A stretch of 64,000 nucleotides of DNA from Camelus ferus (Eukaryota). Each line of letters begins with the position of its first letter. Position 1 is the stretch's first letter. Location: assembly GCF_009834535.1 (NCBI RefSeq), contig NC_045697.1, forward strand, positions 87,174,001 to 87,238,000. The letters run 5' to 3'. The notes beneath the pieces are model-generated. The model made no database searches. It was not told the DNA's origin and was given only the letters and a program-made list of their open reading frames with translations. The position numbers and the translations under genes are program-made. This document shows, piece by piece, positions 1 to 12,940 of the stretch.

Positions 1-2930
1 TGAATCAGATGGTAGGTCTATTTTTAATCTTTTGAGGAACTACCATACTGGTTTCCCCAGTGCCTGCACCATTTTACATTCCTATCAACAGTGTACAAGA
101 GTTCCAATGTCTCCATGACCTTGCTGACACTTGTTATTTTCTGGATTTTGTTGTCATTGTTGTTTTTAATAGTAGCCATCCTGATAGGTGTGAGGTAATA
201 CCTCTTTCTGGTTTTGATTTGCATTTTCCTAATGATTAGTGATGTTGAACCTTTTGTATGCCATCTTTGGAGAAATATCTAAGTTCTTTGCCCCTTTTTT
301 TTAAATTTGATTTTTTGTTTTTTTGAAGTTGTAAGATTTCTTTACATATTCTGGATATTAGCCCCTTACCTGATATGTTATTTGCAAGTATTTTCTGCCA
401 TTCTGTAGTTTGCCTTTTTACTTTGTTGATTTTGTCCCTTGATTCACAGAAGTTTTTAATTTTAATGTAGTCCAATTTGTCTGTTTTTACTTTGTTGACT
501 ATGTCTTTGGTGTCATTCCAGGAAACCCTTGCCAAGTCCAATGCCATGAAACTTTTCCCTTTTGCTTTCTTCTAAGAGTTTTATAGTTTTGGACCTTATG
601 TTTAGGTGTTTGATCTGTTTTGACTTAATTTTTGCATATGATGTAAGGTAAGGCTCCAACTTCATTGTTTTGCATGTGATACCTAGTTTTGCCAACATCA
701 TTTGTTGGAAAGACTTCTCTTTTGCAAAAGTTTTGCAGTTTTACATTTCATAGTTGTGTCTATAATCCATTTTTGACATTTTGTATCTAGTGTGAGTTTT
801 AGGTAGAAGTCTGTTTTTACATGTGAATGCAAAATTACCCCAGGACCATTTGTCAGAAAGTCGATTCTTTCTCCATTGGATTGTCTGTACACCTTGGTCA
901 AATATCAGTTGACCATATTTGTGCAGATCATTTCTGTCTGTCCTTTCACCAAACCACACTGTATTAATGATCACGATTTTAGAGTAGGACCTTAAATGAG
1001 GTAATGTGTGTACAACTTAGTTCTTCATTTTCAAAATTTGCTTCAGCTGTTGTATTTCCTTGGCTTTTACATATAAAGTATCATCTCAGGTTGTCATTAT
1101 CTTTGAAAAATCCTTTTGGGATTTTGTTTAGGATTGTTTCTAATCTACAGAAAAATTAGGGGAGAATTTAGAACTTAACAATATTGAATCTCCAGTCATG
1201 AACATTGTCTACCCATTTATTCAGATGTCTTGTTCCTGATCTCAATGAGAAAACATTTAGTGTTTCACTCATCAGTAAGTATGATGGTAGCTTAGGTCTT
1301 TTTGTAGATGCCTTTTAACAAATTGAGAAAGTTCCCTTCTCTTCCTAGTGTTCTTGCATCTATCAATATTATCGTGGGATTTTTTCCTTTTAGACTGTTA
1401 AAATCTTGGATTACGTTGACTTTGACATGTTCAACCAGTCTTGCATTCATTCCCAAGATAAACCCGACTTAGTCATGTTGTATTATTCTTTTTATATCTT
1501 ACAACATTCAGCCTGCTAATATTTTGTTAAGATTTTTTTCTATTAATATTTATGATGAATATTTGTATATAATTGTCTTATACTTTGTCTGGTTTTGTAT
1601 CAGAGTAATACTCAATAAAATGAGTTGAGAATTATTCTCTTCTTCTAGTTAGTAGAAGAGATTATTTAGAATTAATACTTCTTCCTTACATATTTGGTAG
1701 AATTCCCCACTGTTACCTTCTGGGTCTAGAGTTTTCTTTGTTGCAGTTTATTTTTGTTTTACTATGAATTTGGTACATTTAATAGATAATAGATGACTCT
1801 AGTTATCTTTTTCTTCCTGGGAAAGTTTTCTAAGTTTGTGTATTTCAGAGAATTCTGTTCATTTCACCTAGAATGTCAAATATTTACCCTTAGAGCTGTT
1901 CACTGTTTTCTCTTATTCTTTAGTGTTTTGGGGAGGGTCTGAGTAAAATCTTCACTTTCCTTCCTGGTACTAGCAATTTGTATCTTCTCTCTTTTTTTCC
2001 CTTGTCAGTCTTAGTAGAGGTTTATCAATTTTATTGATGTTTTCAAAGACCCAGGTTGTGGATTCATTGAATTTTCTTTACTGCTTTTTTGTTTTCTATT
2101 TAGTTGAACTCCCTTCCTTCCTTCCTTCCTTTTGGGTATTGTTGGCTCTTGCTCTTGTTTCGTATGGTGGAAACTTAGATTATTGATTTGAAATCATTCT
2201 TCAGATACTATAGATTCTCTTTGAAGCACTGCTTTAGCTGCATTTCACAATTTTTTTTGATATTTTTATTCAACTCTATTATTTTCTAATTTCTCTTCTA
2301 AGACTTCCTGTTTGATGATGGATTATTTAGAAGTGTATTGCTTTATTTCCAAATATTTGGGTAATTTCTAAATATCTTAATGTTTTTCACTATTAGTTAA
2401 TTGTTATGGTTAGAGACATGCATTCTTTGTATGATTTCAATTCTTTTAATTTTATAGATTTGTTTCATGTTCCAGGATGCTATCTTATCTTATTGAATGT
2501 TCCATGTAATTTTTAAAAGAATGTAGATTGCTATTGTTGGGATGTCTTTTTCCATTCTTTTACTTTTATCATACCCATTATTTTATTTCATTTCAGTTTC
2601 ATATAGGTAACATTTCGTTAGGCCTTACTATACACTCTGAGAATCCCGAGTTTTTTTTATTAATGTGTTTATACCATTTTCATTTATTGTAACTGTCAAT
2701 GTGTTTGGGTTTAGTTCTGTGATAATTTGCTTTTCTGATAATTTGTTTTTCATTCCTCTATTTTCTTTTTTCTGCCTTCTTTTGAATTATTGGAATATTT
2801 TTCAGTACTCCCTTTTAATTTATATGTTGCATTTATTATTGCTTTTCTTTGTATGCTTCTTAAAATTAGTTTTCCCAGTGATTACAATATTCACACTTCA
2901 CTTCTAAGTCTACTTAGGGTTAATATTTTA
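1..2930 (-). mobile_element. Old degraded LINE-1 (ORF2 3' half running into more decayed ORF2), probably more than one fragment
   Basis: Minus-strand ORFs 24-974 give L1 ORF2 C-terminal motifs (QIKT..RYYLTPIRMA, KWSWGN, YGQLIFDQG). T-rich antisense-L1 texture continues to about 2.9 kb. Confidence 0.9.
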
Positions 2931-3214
2931 TCACTGAAAATGAAGTGTGGAAACATTACAGACATCTAGGTTAAGAAAATAGGGTGTTTGAATTATTCAG
3001 TGACAGCTGGGTATGGGCCTCAGAAGGCAACCTTAAATTAGTTGCTCTTCAGCCTCCTCTTTTTCGCTTAATCTTTTCAGTACTACCTGTTACCTGCACT
3101 TTAATCATTTGTTTTATTCGGTACTACTTTCAGCCTATGGTATATAAGTATGTGAAAAAGAACTTTATTCATGCTTCTTTTGTTGGAATTATTTTCTAAA
3201 TTCAATAGAGATTA

Positions 3215-3350
3215 TTGATATAAGTGAGAAAACAGATACAAAGAGATTTAATTGCCTGACCTCACATAGCTAATAAGTGGCAGAACTGGGATTTCTCCCT
3301 CTGGCATTCTGGCCTCTGGGTGGGCACATTTGACCACAATGCTGCTGACT
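3215..3350. mobile_element. MIR SINE relic
   Basis: MIR-core-like text gagaaaacagatacaaagagatttaattgcctgacctcacatagctaataagtggcagaactggga. Confidence 0.65.
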
Positions 3351-3632
3351 ATATGTTACTTCAGATAATAGTAGTGCTTATGACAGATATGTTACTCTTT
3401 TAAGCATATGGTTTATAAGTCTAATTATTTTTATATCTTTGGGTGTTTTAGTTTTAAAAATGTACAATTTTTCTCCCATTTTCTTTGGGCCTCTTCAGTA
3501 CTTCTTAAAATAGCTCATTAAAAATTTATTTCAGCACTTTTTAACTTTTTTGAGTTTGTGTGACTAGTAATTGGTATCAGAATAATTTGTGGATTCCCAC
3601 ATAGTTGAAGTTAGATTTTTTCAGTGTAATTG

Positions 3633-3688
3633 TTTTTTTGGAGGGGTGTGGTGTAATTAGGTTTATTTATTTATTAAAATTTTTTTTC
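3633..3688 (-). mobile_element. 5'-truncated SINE tail (Vic-1-like)
   Basis: gaggggtgtggtgtaattaggtttatttatttatt flanked by direct repeats cagtgtaattg (3622-3632) and caatgtaattg (3689-3699). It resembles the tail of the SINE at about 51.9 kb. Confidence 0.5.
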
Positions 3689-6600
3689 CAATGTAATTGA
3701 AGAAATATTTTATGGAGAAAAATACTACTGAGAACTGTGTAACACTTTAAATGATTTTCTGTTTTTGTAATTACAACACCATGTACATATACAGTCATAT
3801 TATATATATATGTGCAAGTCATATTATTTATTCATTTTTTAGATACTACTTGGTATTCATATATGTTCTTCAAGCACACAGGAGCCTGCAACCCACAGAC
3901 TGGGAACCACACTTTAGACTAAAAGTGAATAATAATAACAAAAATAAGATTTACATTTTTTTCTAGATAATAGAGTTGAATAGATTCAAATTTAGGGGGA
4001 AAATATATTCATGTGTAGCTCAAAGAACTTTAATTTTTATCAAACTAAAAACTTACCATTGAAATGGAAATACTCTTTATATTATACACCTAAGTTTCCT
4101 ATTACCTGTAAGGTGTTAACTGGTATAATTTTGAAATTTTTCATACCTTTTTCTCTTTCAGCTTTTATTATATTATAGTCTTCTCAAATGAGAAAAGAAA
4201 CAGATTTTGTAAATATTAAGACAAACAAAAATCTAATGTCTATAAACAGATTATTTCTAGGGATATCAAGCTGAAAGATTTAAAAATTCTTTTGAGTTTG
4301 GCAGCTTTCTCTTTGCCTTCTTTTTCTTTCTTCTCTAGTAATTATTGTTTTGTTTCTAAAGAATTAGTACTCAAGGTCATTCTAAGAGATTCATTAAAAC
4401 CAGTAGTGAAATTGTTCTGAACAGACTTTTAAGCAGCCTCTTTTTTTTTTTTTTTCTTAGCCTTGGGCACAATAATCTTTTTTTTTTTTTCTGGAATCAG
4501 ATGATTTTAAAGATCTGAAAAAATCAACACTAGCAGTTGAAGGTTAAAATCTGATTCATTCAGCAGAATTGTGATTCAGAAAAACTAGAAGTTAAAGTAT
4601 AAATTCTAGTTTTACAAATGTAGTAATAAAGAATATAATAAAGAATATGGTAGCTCATTTTTCATATTAGAGAATTAAGGTACTCAGTGAGTTTCAAGAT
4701 ATCAGATTGACGAAGTAGCACGTGGATTAATGTACTGCGTTTAAAATCATTATGAAGGAATGACTAATTATTATGAAGTGAACTTTTAGCTTTCATTTAA
4801 GTAAAAATTTATATTGTATTATAGATTCGGTAAAAGTTGACACATTATTACACTACTTGTAGAGCATAAATAGGAGCAATTTGGAAACAATTTATTTTGT
4901 GAATAGTTACTAATTTTCTGAATCATTTAGCTTATACATTCTGTTAAATCTTTAAGCTTATTATTTAATCAGAACTTTTTTTTCCCAGTTTTCGAATTGA
5001 GATCCATTGCTTTTCAGCCATAGCAGAAGAATAGATTTCTAGAATAAAACATAGTTTAAAATACTGTGCCCATAAAGAGATAAATAGATATCCCGTAGGG
5101 ATAGGGCTAAAGTTGGAGAACTCAATTCTCCCTTCTTTTCAGGACACACAAAGCGTAAAACAGGATAATTTGTCCTGTTCATTGCCATCAAGACGTGTCA
5201 GATTTGCATATCAGAATAATAGTCTCACTCTGTCAGCCCTGTGTTGAGGACTCTCCAGAATACTGTAGTGAATCATAGGTGGATTGTTCAGGTGCTCAGA
5301 GAGCCCTTAGGAATAAGCAAATAATCAACTGACAGGTCATTGCTGGATCAAGGAATTTGCCCTTTTCTTTGACATATCAAAGCTGATAAAGGCTAAATTT
5401 TGGTAACTGTTTCACAAAAAGAAACACTGTACTATATTTCCTTTCTTCCCTTCAGTCTCTGTTATACAAAGCAAGCAAACTTGTTTACAGAACATTCAAC
5501 ATTTTTTTGAGTAAATGACAGGTAGGAAATTAAGCTGTTAATACAGGAGGATGACTAAGTGAGGAAATCCGTCTTTTGTCAACCACTCTTATATTATTAT
5601 TATTTTTAAAATAGAAGCTGCTTTCAGTTTCAGGGGTTGGGAGTGTTAGACGTACATAGTTTAATGGATTTTGTACTTAAAATTCTGGCTACTCTCTTTT
5701 ACTTACAATCCAACATCATAATAGAAAATAATGCAAATAGTCTTCTAAATGATTGATACAGGATGATGGTTTAGGCTTATTTATTGAGCCAGAGCTCCAC
5801 ACCTGTTCTGTGTCATAACAACTTCCTCAGAAGATGAGTTTTTTTTTTTTAAGTCATCCTTACTTGCGATGCCAGAGGCATTATAAATCTCTGAATTGAA
5901 AAATGCTGAGTTAAATTTAGTTCTTATTTAAATCTGTTTAAAATTAACCCTTTGGATACTTTCTGATTTTTAAAGTGGATTGCTGATTATCACATTGCTC
6001 TGTATGCATTTCTTGTTTTGTAAATCTTGACAAGGTATTAGTCTTGGCATTTATGGTAATATGAGGACTAACCCTAACATTATGTGCAGCATTCTTTCTC
6101 TAAATGAATTTTACAAGAAACAACTGTAAATTTTTACATTTAAGTTCTTCAAAGTAAACACACATAGGATGAAAAAGATTTTATTTGTTTGGTAGTAAAT
6201 TGAAATTTGAACTCATATTTAATGTAAATTAACGTTGTCGCGAACCTACTAAAGAAATGCTCATGTCATTTTAGACTACATTAATTATAGAATCCAGATC
6301 ACATAAGCTAATAGTTTTGTGGTACTCTGTCCTGGTCAGATCACATCTAGAATATAATATACAATTTTGGGATCTCTTGGTTTGTGAATAATTTTAGACA
6401 TAACAGGTGTGGACCAGAGCATGACTTTATCCTGGAAAATAAAAGAATACATGCAGATACAGTTATTGCCTTCAGATACTTAAAAGTTTATCATATAGAA
6501 AAGACAATTAAACGATTCTGGCAAGACAGACAGAATAATTTCCCAATGAACTAGAATTGTCACTCAAGTCAACTTGCTTGTTCTGGGAGGCATTGATTAC

Positions 6601-7959
6601 CCTGTTATTCCAAGTGTTTTTAAAAAAGGCTGATTATGCTACATGTTTGCTGTTTCAGTTAAGAGATTGGAAAAGATGATTTCTGATCTCTTTCTAATTT
6701 TGAATTGAATTAGCAAGCATAGATGATTTTATTATTCAATCACTTAGCATAAATGTGAATATTAGCAAATTTGGGATTTGAATTTTGAGACTAACCATTG
6801 AAAATTACTTTTGACCCTATGAACACTGCATATATTTTTACTCTTCTATATTTTTTTTTCTTTTTAAAGACAATTCCAAATATGTATCAAAAAGAAAAAG
6901 AAAACATCAAATTTTGACCCAGGTCGTATAAATCCAGTCTGGAGTTAGAGGACTAAGTTAATAATACGGGTCCTCTGTGTAACATGTGAACCCCACTTAA
7001 CCCATAATGTGTGAAAGTTGAACATTAGGAACTTAATAGCATAGACTATTACTAAATAGACTAAATAGTCTATTACCTAATAGCATGGTCTGGTTCTAAA
7101 TGCCTTGCCTCCTGAAAGGAGTAGATATATTTAAAGATCATTCCTTGGCAGTGCTGTCCTTGGAAATTTAGGCTGACTATTTGAATGGATAGGCTTTTTT
7201 GGGCTCGCCTAATCATCTGAAACTTCTTGACATTCTTCTTTCTTTAATGTTTTAAATATTTTGAAGCATGGACAGTGAATATAGGTTTTATGTTTGTGCA
7301 GAATTCAGCAAGAGAGGTTGGGTGTTTAGCATTAAATACCTATATTACTGTAAAGTGTGATTGCTTTTAGATACACAAGTTAGCACTGAGTAGCACAAAG
7401 AAGTCACCCATTACATAGAGTTACTCATTTGTGGAATTTAAGAGTGAAAGAGTGAATGTAAAAATGTATGTATGCATCTTTGGTAGTCACAAGGGCAGTG
7501 ATCATGTTTTATCTATGGCCTGGTCTAGGATGGTTTTTGGCACTGTCAAGTCCTGGTGAACATTTGCCATGTATATAAGTAGATTTAATTTAGAAAGCAT
7601 CAGATAGATGTTAGCATTTGGATGAAGCAGATATATTGTCATTTTTAAATTATATATGTGAGTAACTTATCTCATTGTTAAATTATGAATTCTCTAGGGA
7701 ATCTATATGTATGTTGATTTCATATCAGTCTAAAACAATGTATCGTATAGTTGTATTAACTTTGGTAAACTTCATTCCATTCTGTGGCCCTTCATTTAGG
7801 AGAATGGTAGTTCTTTAGATGTTCTCTCAGTATTAATCTCCAACAGCTGAAAAACCAAGAGCAGTTGTGCAAAAGTACCTCTTACATAATATAGGGTAGC
7901 ATAACTCCTTTTTGTCTGTCTTTCCCTTAAAATAATCTGTAGTATAAATGGGTCTTAAA

Positions 7960-8150
7960 TAATTTGAAGCTGGATTTGAATTCTATTTTGGCCTTTACTG
8001 TGTGATATGAGGCACTGTGCTCATCTGTAAAATGGGAATACTACCTCCTTTTCAGAAGTGTTGGTGGGTTATGTGATGTAACTCATAAGAACCATTTAGC
8101 TTTGAGCTTGTTACAAAGTGAGCCCTTGAGACGCAATAGCCATCATTATT
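7960..8150. mobile_element. MIR SINE relic
   Basis: ctcatctgtaaaatgggaatactacctcc MIR core. Confidence 0.7.
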
Positions 8151-9699
8151 ATTTTCCTCCAGAAAAAAAAAAGATTAAAATGTCATGGATAAATATCTGA
8201 CTTTAACACTTGAAATTTTAAGATGTTGTATCTTCAATTATTTTATTTTTCCCTTTTAATTCTAATGTTGAAATTTTTCCTCCTGTTATACAGAGTATAT
8301 CAGCAATTTGTCATTAATCATCACCATAAATGAATTGTATGTTAACTCTTAGGATTCCTTTGGGAAACCTGGTGATAACTCCTTTTTCTCTCTCACTTTG
8401 ATGTTTAACACATGTTGTATCTGTGCCCCTTCCTCTGTGTTTCTTGGCACAATGGTTTCTGAGATCTCAAGGAATCTGCAGTGGCTGTATATCTAAAGTC
8501 CTCATCTTGCACTGTCAGAAATCCAGTTTCTAAGGAGCTTTTCCAGTTTTTTGGCTAATTCCTAAATTGGAGACTAACCTTTATGTATTTTAACTGACCT
8601 GGATTGATATGAGTCTATTTGGAGAAAGTGGACTGGAAAATGTTAAGCGAAAAACAGGAAGACTGAAGATTGAAGCACCCTGTCATTTATTGTATGCATA
8701 ATACATTATTTTCTCATTTAGCCTATCTGTGGCTCAGTATTGATCCAGCAGGAAGTTTTCTTCCTCCCTCTCCCCCCACCATATGATTTGCCTTCTACAC
8801 ATGGACACATACACACACTTGTCAATATAGTCTATAATATATGCTGAATGAACTACCATCTGTATCCTTCTGTCTGTTCTAATCTTGATCAACATTAGCA
8901 TAGCTCTTCTAATACAATTACATAGAACTTACGAACTCAAAATAAACACGAACGAGACTGAAGCTTTTCATCTTTATTCTAGAAATGCTCCCCATTTCCA
9001 AAATATTTATATTATCATGGTTCTACTATGAAATCATAAAACAAAAAGTGTACCATCCCTTCATATCAGTACTTTATTCAATTTATGACTGCTCACAAGA
9101 ACAAAAGTTTGAAGAAGGTATGGTTTAAGTATTACTAGAGGAAAATAAGGAGAAAAGTGTTAGGTTAATGAATTTGCATTATATGCACATTAAATCAGTC
9201 TCCAATCTGTAGAAACACAAAGCATGGAATTCATGTTTTACATTTCTCAGAAACTGAAAGACTGATAGGATTTTACAGTTTCATAAATGAAGCAGAAAAG
9301 AAAAAAACTTTTGAACCTGAGGCCTGGCTTCATCCAGATAGGCATAAATTTTTCTTTTTCTGTCTTTAACCTGAAAGTGTGTTCAGAAAGTCAGGCCTCA
9401 TCGGAAACATTACTGATGCTTTGTAGGGACAGTGTTTTTCCTTTTTTTCAGCTCATGTCTTTTAGTTCATACATTCTGTCTAGTGCTAGGAAACATTCCC
9501 ACCAGTATTGAATGAATTAATTAATGTGAAAATTTATGCCTGGGGAAAAAGCAGGCTAGAGGCTTTTGATACTTAGTACTAGGTGGTTTGATATAGTAAA
9601 TGTTACAGTGCAAAAAACGGAGAGGTTATGGAAAGTCAGATAGATAGGAAAAGATAAATACAAGTTACTTTATATATATTTTTAATTAAAAAATTCATT

Positions 9700-9860
9700 T
9701 TCTATGTGGTAGGCTAAGTAGTTTACATATATTATCTCATTTCAATCTGCAGAATAAAGTGGTTGAGGTAGATATTTTTCATACTATTTTGTAGGTAAGG
9801 AAACAGTCTCATGGAGGTTAAGAAACTTTGTCCAGGATCTAACAGCTAGTAACTGATTCT
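9700..9860. mobile_element. MIR SINE relic
   Basis: ttttgtaggtaaggaaacagtctcatggaggttaagaaactttgtccaggatctaacagctagtaa. Confidence 0.7.
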
Positions 9861-10494
9861 ACAAGGAATGTCACTTTTGTTCATTTGGATATTCTTTCTA
9901 GAAGTCAGTGACTTCTGATGGCTTTTAGAGTCTGAACTACTTAGCAGGGTTGCTACTGACCTTGGGAGTTGCTGGGAATGGATTTAAAGGCCCTGAGAAA
10001 ATCTGATGATGGCTATTGAATGGGAAGTTGAGTAATCCACCTAATTCTGTGTACTGAAAGTAAAGTCAGTTGCAGTATATTCCTTTATCACTGACCTGAA
10101 AATTTTCTGCATGTATAATCCTGTGGTGAGTGATACGTATCATAGAAGCTTGCTTTACTTTTGGCAGGTACCAATCGAATCAAAGAAGTATCTGCTTCTT
10201 GTTTACAAGCTTTTACTTTGCTTATGAGACATAAATATATATTTGCAGCTTGAGGGTCTTTCATGAATGAGGGTGTTCAGCAATACCTTGCTTATAAGCA
10301 TTCCATTCTGTCTTATTAACAGTGACATTTATGAGTCGAAGTAGACATCATTTCAAAATAGACACTGTTCACTATAACATTATTGGCACCTGTTTTTAGC
10401 ATACCAGTAACTATTATTAGGGAACCATTTTTGGATGGCAATTTAACATTTTTCAGTTTATTGATTGATTGGATCTAACCTGTTATAGCTTGAT

Positions 10495-10705
10495 TTGTGA
10501 TGGTTAAGAACATGGACTCAAGCCATGGGTTTGAATCCCAGTTACCACTCCTGCCATATGTATGACCTTAGGCAAATATTGAATCAGTGTGACTGTTTTT
10601 TCACCTGTAAAATGGAAATGACAGTAGTACCTACAACACAGAGTTGTGAGGATTAAATAAATAATAAATTTTAAATAACTTAAAAACAGTACTTAATAAA
10701 TTTTG
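10495..10705. mobile_element. MIR SINE relic
   Basis: gtgatggttaagaacatggact...gggtttgaatcccag...cacctgtaaaatggaaatgacagtagtacctac. Confidence 0.75.
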
Positions 10706-11071
10706 TTTATTCTACTCTTTTAAAATTTGCTCAGTTTATTTTGCATTATTAAGTGTGGTTGACTTATATGTAGTAGATTATGTATTCATTATAATATTAT
10801 ATCTTTTATATCTTAATCTAGTAGGCTAATACAAATGTATTCTTTTTGAAAATTACTTGTGCTTTTGAAAATCTGGGATCCTTCCCAATATTTATGTATA
10901 ATGAATCCCAAAAAAGATAGCATAAGTATAATGTGCCAAATTAGACATCAGATTTATGAGTTAATGGGAAGGTTCTGTTCCCAGAGAGTTAATAATCATT
11001 ATGAAATTTCTGATTTTATTTTGCCTTTGATAAAACTATTTTCAGCATTTTGTTTGCTGGGGTTTGGTTTT

Positions 11072-11102
<31 letters not shown>

Positions 11103-11104
11103 AC

Positions 11105-12480
11105 CTACCAAACATATTTATTTAGTGTCTTGGTGTGTACCATGCCAGGTTTGGGAGTACAAGAATGAATAAATAGATAGAATCTCTCTGATTAGGCATA
11201 CTGTTTAGTGGTGGTTACAGACAAGTAAAAAGGGGGCAACAGTAAAGTTTGCTAAATTCTGTGATGGCAGAAATGCAGAGAACTCCAACAGGAAGGGGGT
11301 AGGAGAGAGAGAACACTAAAACTAGATGTAGGAAAAAAGAAAAATTTCTTAGAATCAGCCTGGTAAGAGGGCTAGAAGTGACGGGACGGAAGGGATGAGA
11401 TGTTTCAGGAAGAGAGTAACAGTATGTGCAAAGGCCTAAAATGGAGAGAGCACATGATGTGTCTGTAGTTCAGTATGGCCAGGGCATGGAGGGAAAGATG
11501 ACAGTGACAGAAGTGAGGCTGAAGTGGTAATCTATGGCTTAACCATAACAGTCTTTGAATGCCATGGCAAGGAGTTTTTATTTTATCCTGAGAGCAAGAA
11601 TAATCATTAAGACTTTTAAAGCAGAAGATGACATAATCAGATTGTTTTAGAATTCTCTGATTGTAGTAAGAGGATGGACAGTGAGGGTCTGTTGCTAGAT
11701 GTGACTTTTCAGCCACCTAGGAGGAAAATCAGTGGCCTAAATTCGGGAATGATGAAGGTGGAATGAAAAGAATTAGTTGGTTTCAAGAGATCCTTAGAAG
11801 TAGAATGTGCAGGACATCACGGTTGGCTAGATGATGGCCATGTTTATTCTCTGACAGAATCAGTGTCATGAGCATGCAGCCAATACAGTTCCATGGGGCC
11901 CTGTGCCCAGAAGGGCCTCACTATTGGTTTAATGCTTTTGTTGCTATCTTCAAATTCTTCGTAGTTTTTGAATAAGGAGCCCAAATTTTCATTTTAAACT
12001 TAGCCTTGCAAATTATATAGTCAGTCTTGGTATTGAGAACTGATTGGGTGGTGGTGTGTTTCACAGGAGGAGAGGGAAAACAGGAATACATTTTGGAGGA
12101 AAGGTAAAGAGCTCCATATGGGATATATTGACTTTAAGGTGCTTAAAATATTAAATAGCGATTGGATCCTTATTTCAGTTAGCTGATGATACAGATTTAA
12201 GACTCAGCATTTTAGTGATAATTGAAAGTGTTTGGAATGTTTAGTATTCCCCGGGGTAAGTGTATTGTAGCTGAAGAAAAGACTGAATAGGAAAAAACCC
12301 AGGTGCACTTCAGTATTCAAGGGTGGACAGAAGAGGAGTCCATAATGAGTGCAGAAGGATTCATATACATGGGGGAGTATGAAGATTCAGAAGAAAGAGA
12401 TTATGTAAAGATAGAGTTTGTACATTTATTGATGCCAGGAAGTTAAGAGATTTCCCATCTAATGCCTTTTATTTCCTCTG
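11105..12480 (-). mobile_element. L2 LINE relic with an inserted DNA-transposon fragment (about 11860-12030)
   Basis: Antisense L2 3' end (aaacatatttatttagtgtc...tgccagg) followed by purine-rich L2 body (atgtgcaaaggcct, ttttatcctgagagcaa). Confidence 0.7.
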
Positions 12481-12769
12481 TGACATTGGCATCTAGGTCA
12501 ACTGCTAAGAAGAAAGGAAAACAGTCAGGTTAGGGATTTGAGGAGAATGGAGAAGCTTGAAATAACTTCTGAGAAAACTGAAATAGCTTATCTGAGGGAA
12601 TCGGAATGCCAAGCAAGGTTAAGGATCCATGTAAGAGTGGAGAAATTTTTGTTGAGATTTTTCTTTATCAGTACTTAGCCATCAGTTATAGTTGTGTGAA
12701 ATGGAGATAGTCATTGATTGGGAATGAGTTTTGCCACATGGAGGAAAGGGAGTTGAATGGATGATTAAG

Positions 12770-12940
12770 CGATGATTCTCAGAGTTTAATATGCATTCAA
12801 GTCACTTGTATTTCTGGGCTGGAGACTGAGATTTAGCAATTCTAATATGTTTCTGGAAAAGACTGATGGCCTGAGTATTTGATATTTTAACAAGATCTCC
12901 CAGATAATTTGTATGTGCATTAAAGTTTGAGAAGCACCTA
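12770..12940. mobile_element. MER5-like hAT-Charlie MITE
   Basis: gatgattctcagagttt...tttaacaagatctccccagataat...aagtttgagaagcac. Confidence 0.6.

Noticed and set aside
4625..4648. 12-bp tandem duplication aataaagaatat
   Set aside because: Ordinary slippage duplication
7034..7088. Mixed direct and inverted micro-repeats (taatagcat, atagactatt / aatagtctat)
   Set aside because: Short AT-rich local duplication; no evidence of function
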